From: a virus | Lineage: Duplodnaviria > Caudoviricetes | Direction: 5' to 3' (one strand) | Virus record (IMG/VR): IMGVR_UViG_3300010403_000026 | Coordinates: 1 to 56,716 of that record | Length of the DNA stretch: 56,716 bases | Part shown: piece by piece, positions 18,228-27,634 of the stretch | Position numbering within the stretch: the first letter of the stretch is position 1 | Layout of the letters: each line of letters opens with the position of its first letter | Notes under the pieces: model-generated | What the model saw: the letters and a program-made list of their open reading frames with translations, nothing else | Told to the model about the DNA's origin: nothing | The model's database searches: none | Made by a program: the position numbers and the translations under genes

Positions 18228-18920
18228 TCACACGATCCCTTGGGCGTCCTTGAGTCTGATCGGTTCTACTTTGGGCTTACGGTAATCTTTCAGCGTAATC
18301 GACCTTGTGACAAGGTGCGGGCACTCGATCCGGGCATCCATGTAGGGTTTGATGCCCAGTTTTTTCAGCCTTGTGAAGAACGCCATGTCCTCTCCGGACT
18401 GGCCGATCACGTCGAATGGTTGCTCGTTCAATTCTTCCCTGATCCGGTTGAAGACCCTGCGGCGGACCATCAGGCACCCGCCGCCTGCGGCCGAGACAGT
18501 CTGAAGTGGGAGTGCCTCGTCCCAAGCGCCCAATAGCTGAAACTGGCCCTTGTCGTCCTCGCCGAAGATCACCGGAGGATAAGGCTCTTTCTTGAACTGG
18601 TAGACCCCGCAGAGCACGTCCAGATCGTGCATCTGCATCCGGTCCCACATTCTGACCAGGGTATCGGGTTCCGGTTCATGGTCCGTGTCGAGCATGAGGA
18701 TGAACTCCCCCAGCATCCGTTCCGCCAGTTGGTTTCTGGCCCACGAGTGGAAGGAGAAGTCCGCGTAGTCGAGGTGGATGTACTCCGTGTTGGGGTCGCA
18801 GGCGAAATAGTTCGAGTAGGCGATCAGTTGGCCCCACGCTTTGCAGAACGTGGTCAAGACGGCAGGGACGCCGAACATTCCTGCCAGCGTCCCGATGGGC
18901 TTTCGTCCGAAGATCATCAT
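18228..18920 (-). CDS. GT-A fold glycosyltransferase
   Basis: ARNQLA, LMLDTD, GGGCLMVRRRVF, GEDMAF, CPH. Confidence 0.85.
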   Translation of the reverse strand: MMIFGRKPIGTLAGMFGVPAVLTTFCKAWGQLIAYSNYFACDPNTEYIHLDYADFSFHSWARNQLAERMLGEFILMLDTDHEPEPDTLVRMWDRMQMHDLDVLCGVYQFKKEPYPPVIFGEDDKGQFQLLGAWDEALPLQTVSAAGGGCLMVRRRVFNRIREELNEQPFDVIGQSGEDMAFFTRLKKLGIKPYMDARIECPHLVTRSITLKDYRKPKVEPIRLKDAQGIV

Positions 18921-19588
18921 TGCCTCAGTGCAAAAACAGTCGGCCCGTCAATCGAGCCTTCGACGACCGTGAACCCAGCTTTTCCAGTCGTGCTGCCGTC
19001 GAAATTAGCCCCCTGAGACAAATCGGCGAAGACTTTCTCAAGGTTGGTGATCTTCCGGCAGAGAATGGGTTTGACGTTGCTCCACCCCGCGTCCTGAGTG
19101 GTCCCGCCCGTGTTTGATGGAACGTCTGTCAGGGCATCCTGAAGTCCCTGCCAGATTTCCTTCTTGGAGAAGTCGGCGACGTTGACGCCATCGACCTGCT
19201 GAGTGGGGGTTATCAGGGCGATGACGTTCTGCTGGCGCTCCATGATGACGTTCGACCGGCACAGAAAGACGGTCGCGTCGAGCTGAAGGACGGTGGGAAC
19301 CGAGTCCTTGGAGGTCAGCTTCTTCCACTGGATGTTCCCACGGATCAGGGAGCACGGGACCAGCATGTGGTTGGCAAAACAGTCCGTGGCTGGGAATCCG
19401 TTGTACCAGTCGGCGATAAGGTTTGCCGCCGTGCCGTCCGCAGGGTTCGAGTCCTTGATCTGGACCGAGTTCCCATCGACGGTGATGGTGGCCGTGTTAT
19501 TGTTGATGTTGGTGAGCAGCGTGGCTTTCTGGGCGGCGGACAGGGACGCCTGAAGGGTCATGAGGAATTTCCTCAACCAGTCGAGCAT
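18917..19588 (-). CDS. Hypothetical virion-associated protein
   Basis: 223 aa with GGAGG Shine-Dalgarno. Confidence 0.6.
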   Translation of the reverse strand: MLDWLRKFLMTLQASLSAAQKATLLTNINNNTATITVDGNSVQIKDSNPADGTAANLIADWYNGFPATDCFANHMLVPCSLIRGNIQWKKLTSKDSVPTVLQLDATVFLCRSNVIMERQQNVIALITPTQQVDGVNVADFSKKEIWQGLQDALTDVPSNTGGTTQDAGWSNVKPILCRKITNLEKVFADLSQGANFDGSTTGKAGFTVVEGSIDGPTVFALRQ

Positions 19589-19617
19589 AAGTCCTCCGTG
19601 TGGCGATCATCACCCCG

Positions 19618-21207
19618 TTAGGGGGCCATCCTCGCCCGCGCGACCACTCCCCAGCCAGCAAAATTCCCGTAGTCGAGTTCCTGACTTTCGACCAGTTCGA
19701 GGTCGGCATCCCTGAGCCACGATTCGATGACCGACAACGTGATCGGTCGCTCGTGGTAGGCCGACTCACCGGGGGGATACCGCAGTCCTTCAGTCGAATG
19801 CTGAAGGCTGGTGGGACGGTAGTCCTCCGGGCATGTAATGATGATACGACCATTCGGGTTCAGAACGAGCGAGGAATTGCGCAAAACCCTCACCGCGTCC
19901 TCGTCGGTCATGTGCTCCAGGATGTCCCCAAGGACCACGGTGTCGTAGCTAGTGACGGGGAACGGTTCCCTGGCGTCGTGGATCACGTCCGCCTTGGTCT
20001 TCTTGCCCGTCCACGGAATCTCTTCCATGAGGTCCATGTTGGTCCCATGTCTGCCGATGTTGGCCGGATCGTCCGCGCAGCCGACGTTCAGCACCATCCC
20101 TCGAAGATGCTTGAGCTGGAAGGCGAACTGCGCCACGCACAGCCCATCCCAACCGTAGAGCCACGATTCCCACTGATCGACGACCCGCTCCCAGCAGTGA
20201 CGGGAACGGGCCTCAACCATCATCCGTCCCCTGATCTCCTCCTGCGCATTCGGATTGTTCATCAGGGCCACGATCTCCCCTACGAAGTAAGCGCGGATCA
20301 ACTGGTCGTTCGGGTCGCCTTGAATGAAGACACCGTTCAGGACGTTCTCGGCCAGCGCGGCGCGGGGCGAGCAGATCGGGATCGCTCCAAGGGCCTGCGC
20401 CTCCATCGAGGTGATGCAACTGGTTTCATGGAAGTTCGTCGGATAGCACCAGATGGCAGTTTTCATCCACTCCCGGTAAAGCTCGTTCTGGTTCACCCGC
20501 CCGTGCCAGTGGATGCCGGGCTGCTCTAATTGGCCTTCGATTGACTTTTGGACCTCGCCCATCCACGGGTAGCGGTCCTTCAACTTCTCGATGTTGTTGA
20601 ACCCGTAGAAGATGTGAAGTTCGGCGTCCGAGACGAACTCGCGGACCCTTGGGAAGATTCTCAGGAGGGTCTGGAGTCCCCGGTCGGGAGAAGAGGCATA
20701 CATGAGGCGATGGGAATTGCGGTCCTGCGCGGGGACGCTTCTCAGCAGGTCGGTTTTGACACCATTCGACGTGACGACGATCTTCCCCTTCAGGAGCGGA
20801 AGATTCAGCTCCATGTGGCGCTTGTGCCACTCGCACAAAGCCAGCACCTTGTCGATCTTCGGGGCGGTCTCTTCCGTGACCCCACGGGCGATCTCGTCCT
20901 GACACATCAACCAGACGGTTTGCCCTTCCTGCTTGTCCATTTGCGTCAGGCACGACGCATCCCGGTAGATGATCCAAATCCCCTTTTGGGTGAAGTCGGC
21001 CGATTCCAGAGGCTTCCAGACGGTCCCACGCCATTCTCCGGGGCAATCGTCGGGAATCGGGGCGTAGGAGGTGACTTTGTGGCCCCGTCGAGCCAAGCGC
21101 CACGCCATTTCTACCGCGCTCGTTTCAGAGCCTCCTACGCCCCTGATAATCGAAGACCTGTAATCCCATTGCTCAAAAAACACCGGATTGTAGAAAAAAA
21201 AGTTCAA
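19618..21207 (-). CDS. GT-B (GT4-like) glycosyltransferase fused to a SAM methyltransferase
   Basis: GGSE, YASSPDRGL, ETSCITSMEAQALG; then VLNVGC, GDILEH; TTG start after GGAG (in-frame ATG at 21255 also possible). Confidence 0.9.
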   Translation of the reverse strand: MNFFFYNPVFFEQWDYRSSIIRGVGGSETSAVEMAWRLARRGHKVTSYAPIPDDCPGEWRGTVWKPLESADFTQKGIWIIYRDASCLTQMDKQEGQTVWLMCQDEIARGVTEETAPKIDKVLALCEWHKRHMELNLPLLKGKIVVTSNGVKTDLLRSVPAQDRNSHRLMYASSPDRGLQTLLRIFPRVREFVSDAELHIFYGFNNIEKLKDRYPWMGEVQKSIEGQLEQPGIHWHGRVNQNELYREWMKTAIWCYPTNFHETSCITSMEAQALGAIPICSPRAALAENVLNGVFIQGDPNDQLIRAYFVGEIVALMNNPNAQEEIRGRMMVEARSRHCWERVVDQWESWLYGWDGLCVAQFAFQLKHLRGMVLNVGCADDPANIGRHGTNMDLMEEIPWTGKKTKADVIHDAREPFPVTSYDTVVLGDILEHMTDEDAVRVLRNSSLVLNPNGRIIITCPEDYRPTSLQHSTEGLRYPPGESAYHERPITLSVIESWLRDADLELVESQELDYGNFAGWGVVARARMAP

Positions 21208-21260
21208 ATTATCACTCCGCTGGCATTGGATGGACAGAGCAGATTCACTATCCATTCTTA

Positions 21261-21851
21261 ATGGAAGAATTCAAGCCAATACCCGGATATGAAGGCCAAT
21301 ATCAAATCAACTGCAATGGGACGATTCAGTCCTGCAAACAAAGAATTGGGAATAAATGGGAAAACACAAATGAGTGGACGGCCATCTGCTCCAACCGAAA
21401 TAAAACTGGCCACCATGTAATCAGACTGTCTTCGTCCGGAAAACGCCAACAGTTCCTTGTCCATCGGATAGTTTTGACAGTATTTGGTCCACCGATGCCG
21501 TTTGATGGCGCTCTCGGATTGCATAAAGACGACAACCCAGACAATAACCACATCGACAATTTGTACTGGGGAACATCCAAGCAAAACCGCGCCGATGCGA
21601 TGAGGTCCGGACGCGCCTATATTCCAAAAGGAGAAGAAAACGGGAAGTCGATCTTGACCATTGAGCAAGTCAAAGAAATCAAAGAGTTTCCAAAGACACG
21701 AGGATACCGCATAGTCCTTGCGAGCAAGTATGGCGTTACGATTGCCACAATAAAAGACGTTGTTTCTGGCCGATCTTGGGCTGCTGTTGATTGTGAAAAT
21801 CCAGCCCCAAGGACTTACGGAACTGGTCCTGATGCCGGACGGATTCGGTAG
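21261..21851 (+). CDS. NUMOD4-HNH homing endonuclease, inverted relative to the operon (cassette 5)
   Basis: EEFKPIPGYEGQYQIN; VHRIVL..LHKDDNPDNNHIDNLYWGT; HTH tail. Confidence 0.9.
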   Translation: MEEFKPIPGYEGQYQINCNGTIQSCKQRIGNKWENTNEWTAICSNRNKTGHHVIRLSSSGKRQQFLVHRIVLTVFGPPMPFDGALGLHKDDNPDNNHIDNLYWGTSKQNRADAMRSGRAYIPKGEENGKSILTIEQVKEIKEFPKTRGYRIVLASKYGVTIATIKDVVSGRSWAAVDCENPAPRTYGTGPDAGRIR

Positions 21852-21935
21852 CTCGGAGCCACCGATTCCGCCTTGGACGGATGAGCGCCAATCCCACTGC
21901 TCGAAGTGGACCGGCGAGTAAAAGAAGAACTGCAT
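21852..21935 (-). pseudogene. Stranded original N-terminus of the GT4 gene
   Basis: MQFFFYSPVHFEQWDWRSSVQGGIGGSE, 19/28 identical to 21124-21207. Confidence 0.9.
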
Positions 21936-21943
21936 TGGGCGAA

Positions 21944-22381
21944 TTATCCTTTCATGGCCTCCCGGACGCGGGCCTTCAGGCTTTTCTTCTTCCTTCCCAG
22001 TTTGGGGATATTGAGTTCGTCCACCCGCCCGTCCGCCTTGTGGGTCATGGAGCCATCGACAATGTTCAGGTTCCGCTCACGGCAGACGCGCTTCACGTCG
22101 TCTTTCCCGGACACCCATGCCCTCGGATCACCGGGGTACTCAGCCAGTCCGCCGATGTAGACCTTTCCGGTCGTCGAGCCGCCTTTGGCCCTCAGTTCGC
22201 TCGCGAGTGCCTCGCCCTGAATGTTTCCCAGTTTGGTGTTGAACTTGTTGTGCTGGCGATTCGCCATCCCGGCGAACATGGTGGCCTCTGTGGAGATGCT
22301 CGGAGGAGCGCACGAGCTGAACATCTCGCACAGCTTGCAGGATTCTTCGGTGCGGTTTCCGCCGCAGGTTTCGCAGATCAT
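21944..22381 (-). CDS. Hypothetical protein downstream of portal
   Basis: 145 aa, PGDPRAWV motif, ATGA overlap. Confidence 0.65.
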   Translation of the reverse strand: MICETCGGNRTEESCKLCEMFSSCAPPSISTEATMFAGMANRQHNKFNTKLGNIQGEALASELRAKGGSTTGKVYIGGLAEYPGDPRAWVSGKDDVKRVCRERNLNIVDGSMTHKADGRVDELNIPKLGRKKKSLKARVREAMKG

Positions 22382-24318
22382 TGGGCCACCACGGGTTTCT
22401 TGGAAGCGCCGTTGCTTGAGGGTTTAGGCGGTCCCTTGCCTCCCTCTATAGAGGGAGGTTCAGGCGGCGGGGGAGGCTGGAGCATGTAGCCAGCCGTCTC
22501 CAGATCGTTGCTCTTCCCCCAGTCCGAGATGAGGTTGTTGACCGGCCGCACGTCCCCGGTCTGCTGGGCGTAGGTGTAGAGCGGGGTGAAGAGGTTCTGC
22601 ATCGCGCTCGTGAGGTTGGCGGACTGACGGTCGCGATTCGGCTTCCGCGTCGAACCGGCCTCGATGCGGTACTGGAGCTGACGGGTGATGTCCTCGGAGC
22701 TTCCGTTGGCGATCAGGACTTTCCAGAAGTAGGCCCCTGCGGGTCCGAGGATGGGGAGAACGTCCTGCGGGGTCAGGTGAGTCCTTGCGCAGATGGCTTC
22801 TTTCTTCGCCACTTCCGTCATGGCTTCTTCGACTCTGGTCGCCATGTCGTCAGGACGAATCTTCAACTGGTCGTTCTTGACTTCCGCTTCCGAAGCGGAG
22901 CGGTACTGGTGAGTGGTCCCGCCGTACATGAGTTCCGTCAGACCCACTCGTTTTTCAAACTGCTCACCCACCATCGCGATCACTTTGATGATGTCCTGAT
23001 TCATCTCCGGGTGCTGAAGGAACTGGACGACGGACTTCAAATCCTGTCCGGGAGCATCAGAGACCCCCACTTCCAGAAGGGTCAGGTCCGGCCCGTGAGT
23101 AATGGCTTTCTTGAACTCCTCGTTCATCCCCTTCCGAACAGCAATGAAGTCCCGGCTCGTGACCCGCATCTTGCTGGCGAGGAACGAGTACGCCCAGTTG
23201 AGGAATTTCAATTCACCGATTCCAGCCTTGACATGGCTCATCGGCCACGCCTGTCCGGGGACGGGATGAATCTCGAAGAACGTGCATGGCCATGTCCCGT
23301 CCTTCCAGTACGGGGTCGGCCAGCGGAGTCTTTCGATGACCTCCTGATCGGGTGCGCTTTCGAGGACGTGCGGTGGCAAATTGAGCGGATAGGGGACGTT
23401 CTCAGCCACGGCGAGAAAGACGTAATCCCCATAGGCGTCGAGAGTCGGCCTCAGTCCTTGGGGGATTCCTTCAAGTCGTCCCCCAAGGCCCATCTTGGAG
23501 TAAATCTTCCAGTAAACCAGAAGGTCGGAGGTCGTCCCTTTCTGCTGCCAGTAAGTCGATTTTTGAACGTCTTCCTCGGAAGCCTGATTCAACGACTTCA
23601 GGTTCCCGCTCAGCGAACCCGGCGGGAGTTGATAGTCACGTTCCACCATCCAGACCGGGTGACAGCACCTTCGGTAGATGTACTGGCAGTCTTCCCGGCA
23701 ATCAGCGTCGGGGTCTTGGCCGTAGTTGTTCACCGAGTCGTAGAAGGAACCCGACATCTTCCAGCCGGACTCCGGGACGGTATAGACCTCCGTCCACAGA
23801 ACCCCCATCCCCTTGATAATCATCTCGTCGATGGCGCAGCGGGCGTTGTCCTTCAAGTTGAGTTCGTATGGGGTGAAGTTCAAATACCCTTCGAGAAGTG
23901 CGGCGCGGGCTTTGTCCTGCTGGAGCGCCATGTCGGCTGGCCCTTGGATTGCCTGCATCATCATCTGCGTCATGGGGTCATTGGGATCGCCGTAGAACTC
24001 CGGGGGAATCTGCGGATAGCTCCTTGGGGAGACCATCCGATACGGGTTTTTGTGATAGAGGGACGGGCCGAAGAGTTGCACCATCTCGGCGACCCGGTTG
24101 GACTGCATCCTGAGTCCGGGTTGGGGCCAGTCCTCGTCGTCGGCGAACATTCCAACCGGCTTGCTCTTCGACCCCTGGGTGTAGAGCCAGTCGTAGGGTC
24201 CGTTGAAGAACCGCATCGCCTCGTCGGCGTCGTCCTGAAAGAGCTTCTGCTTGACCTCCTGGGCGGCGCGAATCTTTCTCACCCAGGCGGCGCAGATCGG
24301 CTTCAGAGGATGGTCCAT
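22378..24318 (-). CDS. Portal protein
   Basis: 646 aa, helical, SASEA motif, follows terminase. Confidence 0.75.
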   Translation of the reverse strand: MDHPLKPICAAWVRKIRAAQEVKQKLFQDDADEAMRFFNGPYDWLYTQGSKSKPVGMFADDEDWPQPGLRMQSNRVAEMVQLFGPSLYHKNPYRMVSPRSYPQIPPEFYGDPNDPMTQMMMQAIQGPADMALQQDKARAALLEGYLNFTPYELNLKDNARCAIDEMIIKGMGVLWTEVYTVPESGWKMSGSFYDSVNNYGQDPDADCREDCQYIYRRCCHPVWMVERDYQLPPGSLSGNLKSLNQASEEDVQKSTYWQQKGTTSDLLVYWKIYSKMGLGGRLEGIPQGLRPTLDAYGDYVFLAVAENVPYPLNLPPHVLESAPDQEVIERLRWPTPYWKDGTWPCTFFEIHPVPGQAWPMSHVKAGIGELKFLNWAYSFLASKMRVTSRDFIAVRKGMNEEFKKAITHGPDLTLLEVGVSDAPGQDLKSVVQFLQHPEMNQDIIKVIAMVGEQFEKRVGLTELMYGGTTHQYRSASEAEVKNDQLKIRPDDMATRVEEAMTEVAKKEAICARTHLTPQDVLPILGPAGAYFWKVLIANGSSEDITRQLQYRIEAGSTRKPNRDRQSANLTSAMQNLFTPLYTYAQQTGDVRPVNNLISDWGKSNDLETAGYMLQPPPPPEPPSIEGGKGPPKPSSNGASKKPVVAQ

Positions 24319-24320
24319 GC

Positions 24321-24638
24321 TTATTTCTTCACGAGTTCGTCGATCAGCTTGTTGATCTTCTTGTCCCGGTCGAGCAAGTCCCAGCAGCCTTCGGTGGTTT
24401 CCCTTCTCCGGAGGTCGGGGTCGTCGATGTGGTAAACCCCGTCCCTGGGCTGGCCGTTGAACCGTCCGATGGACAGAACCCAGACTTCGAGCACCCGTCC
24501 GTTCGATGAAGTCACGATGGCGGCGACCGGGTTTTCATCCGAGGGGGAGTGACGCCACAGGACGGTCTGGCCGACCTCCACCGGGGGAGGGGCGAACGGA
24601 GCATTGGCTTTGACGGGCGCTTGGGCTGTTGCGGTCAT
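24321..24638 (-). CDS. Hypothetical protein
   Basis: 105 aa, P.VGQTV.W...AAIVT. Confidence 0.65.
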   Translation of the reverse strand: MTATAQAPVKANAPFAPPPVEVGQTVLWRHSPSDENPVAAIVTSSNGRVLEVWVLSIGRFNGQPRDGVYHIDDPDLRRRETTEGCWDLLDRDKKINKLIDELVKK

Positions 24639-24689
24639 GGGAATCTCCTTTGGTGAAATCGTAGCGGAAACACAGGGCCTTTGCGAGCC

Positions 24690-26387
24690 TTATCTGCCGG
24701 GTCCGAGGTTGACGAACGACCGACCAAGTTTCTTCCTCTCTTTTTCCTTCTTCTCCCGCACGGCTTTGACGGCGTAGCTCTCCCGTTTCTTGGCCGGAGG
24801 GGGTTTGACGTACGCGCAGCCGTGCATGGCGGCGTACCGCAGGGTGTCCGGGCCGTCGCAGTTGAGCTGTGCAGGCTCATCCGTCAGGACGTTTTTAATC
24901 ATCTTGTTGTGGTAGCGCTCCATCTGGTGGGCGAGTTTGTTCGTCCTCGAAAGAGCGAAGAGGACGGTCGGTCGCCCGTCTGGCGCTATGTGGAGCCACG
25001 AACGGACAGCTTCGACCCCTGCCTTGATGTCGTCCGCCCCCCAGTGGAACCCGTGCCCGGTCTCCAGTGAGAAGACGTTGTTCTTCTGAAGTTCCTGCGA
25101 GTATTGAAAGCCAACCGTTTTCCCCGACCCCATTTCGGTCTGCTTTGCCATGTGGGAGTCGATCAGGAACGCCTGAAAGTGCTGCCCGGAGCACTTCTTC
25201 GCCATCTCCTCCCCGTACTTGATCGCCGTGCAGTTCTCGATGTAGAGTTCGTCGTAGACGTACTTTTTGTTCCCCTCCTCTGGCGGAGGGACGGCAACGA
25301 AGGTCGTGACGCACAACTGCCTTCCTGGGTCCGTGATCGCGTAGCGGGTCCAGTGAGGGGGAGGCTCTGTCATCTCGACTCCATGAACCGCAAGGGTAAA
25401 TTCCGGGTAGACCCTCCGGCGCAGGTAGGCGAATTCACCAAGGATGCGGACCCGGTACTGCTCCGGGTCGGCGAACTTAAGGGCCAGCAGTTTCTTTTGA
25501 TCGGATGGAAGATAAGGATTGTCTTCGAGGAGCAGGCGGAATTCCACTACTCGCGGGTCTTTGCGCTCCCGCTCCTTCTCGGCTTGAAGGCTCAAATCAA
25601 AGAGCCGATCAGTCCCCGCTTGAGGGGTTGCGGACCAGATGAACTTTCCCTGACGGTCCACGAGTCGTGAGGCCATTTCCGGATACCACTCCGGGTCTTC
25701 GATTTCCTCGTCGAAAAAAGCCAGGTCAATGTCGCTCCCCTGTGGGGGTTTCCCCAGCGAGGAGTAGAAGTTGATCTCCCACCCGGTCGAGAGGACGACC
25801 AGTTGCGGCTGACTGGCCTTCTTGTTCTCCCACGCGATGTCCTTGACGTACCTTCTGGGGATCAGTGGAGGCGCTGGTCGGGACTCGTGCTTTCTTGTCG
25901 CGTCCTCCTCGGTCCACGGGCGGAAGGCCCGCCATCTTCCGGTCGTCTTGTCACGGACGATCCGGAACGCATTGGGTTTGAAGAGCTTTCGGAACATCAC
26001 GTCCGCGACGTGTTTGCCATCCTTGCCGACTGCGAAACAGCGCCCGTCCAGTTCCGGGTACTTGTGGTTAGGGTCTTGCCCGGTCAGCGCGCGGGCGACC
26101 TCGACGGAGGTGAGGAGTGTTTTGCCAGCCCGGTTCGATCCACGAGCGAGACGTTCCGGGGCAGTGGATTTGTGGAACTCGTCCGCGCTGACGATTTTGT
26201 CGTTCAGCCAGATCGCGGGAAGTGGTTCATACAGCTTCAGGGCCTCGATCTGCCTCCTCGCCAGTTCGTGGGCCAGGTGTCTCAGGTCTTCGCTCACTGC
26301 CTGGAGGAACTTCAGGTCCGGTTCCTGTCCCCGGTCCAGCGCTTCCTCCTGAAGCTCCTCCGGGGTTACTGGTACGTCCCGCGCCAT
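24690..26387 (-). CDS. terL: Terminase large subunit
   Basis: GSNRAGKT Walker A, FFDEE Walker B, SATP, ITDPG and DGPDTLRY nuclease motifs. Confidence 0.95.
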   Translation of the reverse strand: MARDVPVTPEELQEEALDRGQEPDLKFLQAVSEDLRHLAHELARRQIEALKLYEPLPAIWLNDKIVSADEFHKSTAPERLARGSNRAGKTLLTSVEVARALTGQDPNHKYPELDGRCFAVGKDGKHVADVMFRKLFKPNAFRIVRDKTTGRWRAFRPWTEEDATRKHESRPAPPLIPRRYVKDIAWENKKASQPQLVVLSTGWEINFYSSLGKPPQGSDIDLAFFDEEIEDPEWYPEMASRLVDRQGKFIWSATPQAGTDRLFDLSLQAEKERERKDPRVVEFRLLLEDNPYLPSDQKKLLALKFADPEQYRVRILGEFAYLRRRVYPEFTLAVHGVEMTEPPPHWTRYAITDPGRQLCVTTFVAVPPPEEGNKKYVYDELYIENCTAIKYGEEMAKKCSGQHFQAFLIDSHMAKQTEMGSGKTVGFQYSQELQKNNVFSLETGHGFHWGADDIKAGVEAVRSWLHIAPDGRPTVLFALSRTNKLAHQMERYHNKMIKNVLTDEPAQLNCDGPDTLRYAAMHGCAYVKPPPAKKRESYAVKAVREKKEKERKKLGRSFVNLGPGR

Positions 26388-26682
26388 GAATGATTCCCTC
26401 CAGGGACTTCATGAGGTCATCGTCGGACAGTTCATCATAGTTCCCGGCCCCCGTCTTCTTGCTCTTCGTCGAGGAGACGATCAGGCGCATCACGTTGTCG
26501 AGCATCTTCCCTTTCTGGAAAGACGTTTTGGAACTCTTGTAGACCTTCAGGTACTCGTCAACGAACTTGTCGATCCCGCCGAATTTCTCGACGAACTTGC
26601 CGATGAGAATATCGGTGTTGGGGAGAACGGATTTGTTCTCGAAGACGGTCTTCAGCGCGGAAGCGAGTTTGTTTCTGGCCAT
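26227..26682 (-). CDS. Putative terminase small subunit
   Basis: Directly upstream of terL, DELSDDDL motif; 3' end overlaps terL by ~160 nt. Confidence 0.55.
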   Translation of the reverse strand: MARNKLASALKTVFENKSVLPNTDILIGKFVEKFGGIDKFVDEYLKVYKSSKTSFQKGKMLDNVMRLIVSSTKSKKTGAGNYDELSDDDLMKSLEGIIHGAGRTSNPGGASGGSAGPGTGTGPEVPPGSERRPETPGPRTGEEADRGPEAV

Positions 26683-26752
26683 AAAAAGGCGGGGCGGGAC
26701 TGACCAAGCTGACCCGTCGCCCAAGCGGGCAACCCAGCCAGCCCGCACCCAT

Positions 26753-27634
26753 CTACTTCCTTGCTTTGCGTCCCGTCAGGGCCTTGGGCTTGCCGTTGGC
26801 AATTGCCTTGGGAGGCTCCCATTGGGGATCGAACTTGCCGCCGATCTGCTCCATCGGGGTCTTGTCCACTTCCTGCTTTCTCAGCAGGGGCGCGCGGAGG
26901 GTTTCCGCCACCGATTCCTCGGTCTGGAGATGAGGTTTGCCGACGCATTTGAGCTTCCAGTGTCCAGCCCAGCAGTCCCACGCGCAATACTGCTTGACCC
27001 CCACGAGAGCCAGATTCCGCGTCAGCACCACGTCCTCCGTCGAGGCTTTCTCGGCCATCTTCTCGTCCTTCCACTCGTACTCGAAGTAGGGATGGTCGAG
27101 ATGGTCGAAGGCCCGCATGTCGAAAAGAATCAGCCCGGTCGGGAGAGCGGCCACCTGCTCGATTCCGGTCCGGGTCGCGCACTCCGAGCGCGTGAACTGT
27201 TCAAGGACTCTTCCAACCTCGGAATCGTCCGGGCAATCGGACTGCATGTTTTGCCAACGAAAGACGTAGATGTTCTCGTGAGGAGGAGGACCGCAGTACG
27301 GGGCCGCGACGGCGCACGGCCCTTCATGCTTGACGGCGAAGTCGAAAGCCGTCTTCCAGAACTGCTTGGCGCTGGGGTCTTTCCCGAAGTACAGGTCAGG
27401 GGCCATGTCGGAGTCGATCATGAACAGGTAGTCGGAATTGGTCTTCCTAGCATTCTCGACTGCTTTGTTCCGCGTCATCGTGATCGGTGTGTCATCCAGG
27501 ATGATCCGGGCGATGTTCCCGATCCTATCGTCGCGCTTCATGTCGAGGACGGTGGAGACCAGCCAGTCGGCGACCGTTGAGTTCTCCTCTTTCTTGTAGG
27601 GGAACCGCGCGATGGCGATGTTGAACTTGGGCAT
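26753..27634 (-). CDS. GT-A fold glycosyltransferase
   Basis: TRNKAV, FMIDSD, PTGLILF, TEDV, AGH. Confidence 0.85.
   Translation of the reverse strand: MPKFNIAIARFPYKKEENSTVADWLVSTVLDMKRDDRIGNIARIILDDTPITMTRNKAVENARKTNSDYLFMIDSDMAPDLYFGKDPSAKQFWKTAFDFAVKHEGPCAVAAPYCGPPPHENIYVFRWQNMQSDCPDDSEVGRVLEQFTRSECATRTGIEQVAALPTGLILFDMRAFDHLDHPYFEYEWKDEKMAEKASTEDVVLTRNLALVGVKQYCAWDCWAGHWKLKCVGKPHLQTEESVAETLRAPLLRKQEVDKTPMEQIGGKFDPQWEPPKAIANGKPKALTGRKARK

Noticed and set aside
5539-21851. HNH inserts as group I introns or inteins
   Set aside because: The downstream genes have their own starts and a duplicated N-terminus, the stubs end in stops or read antisense, the non-coding margins are too short for a ribozyme core, and one HNH is inverted
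22777-24435. 552-aa plus-strand ORF and similar long antisense ORFs (15217-16320, 19600-20529, 26567-27580, 31250-32218)
   Set aside because: Shadows of GC3-rich genes on the opposite strand, with no motifs
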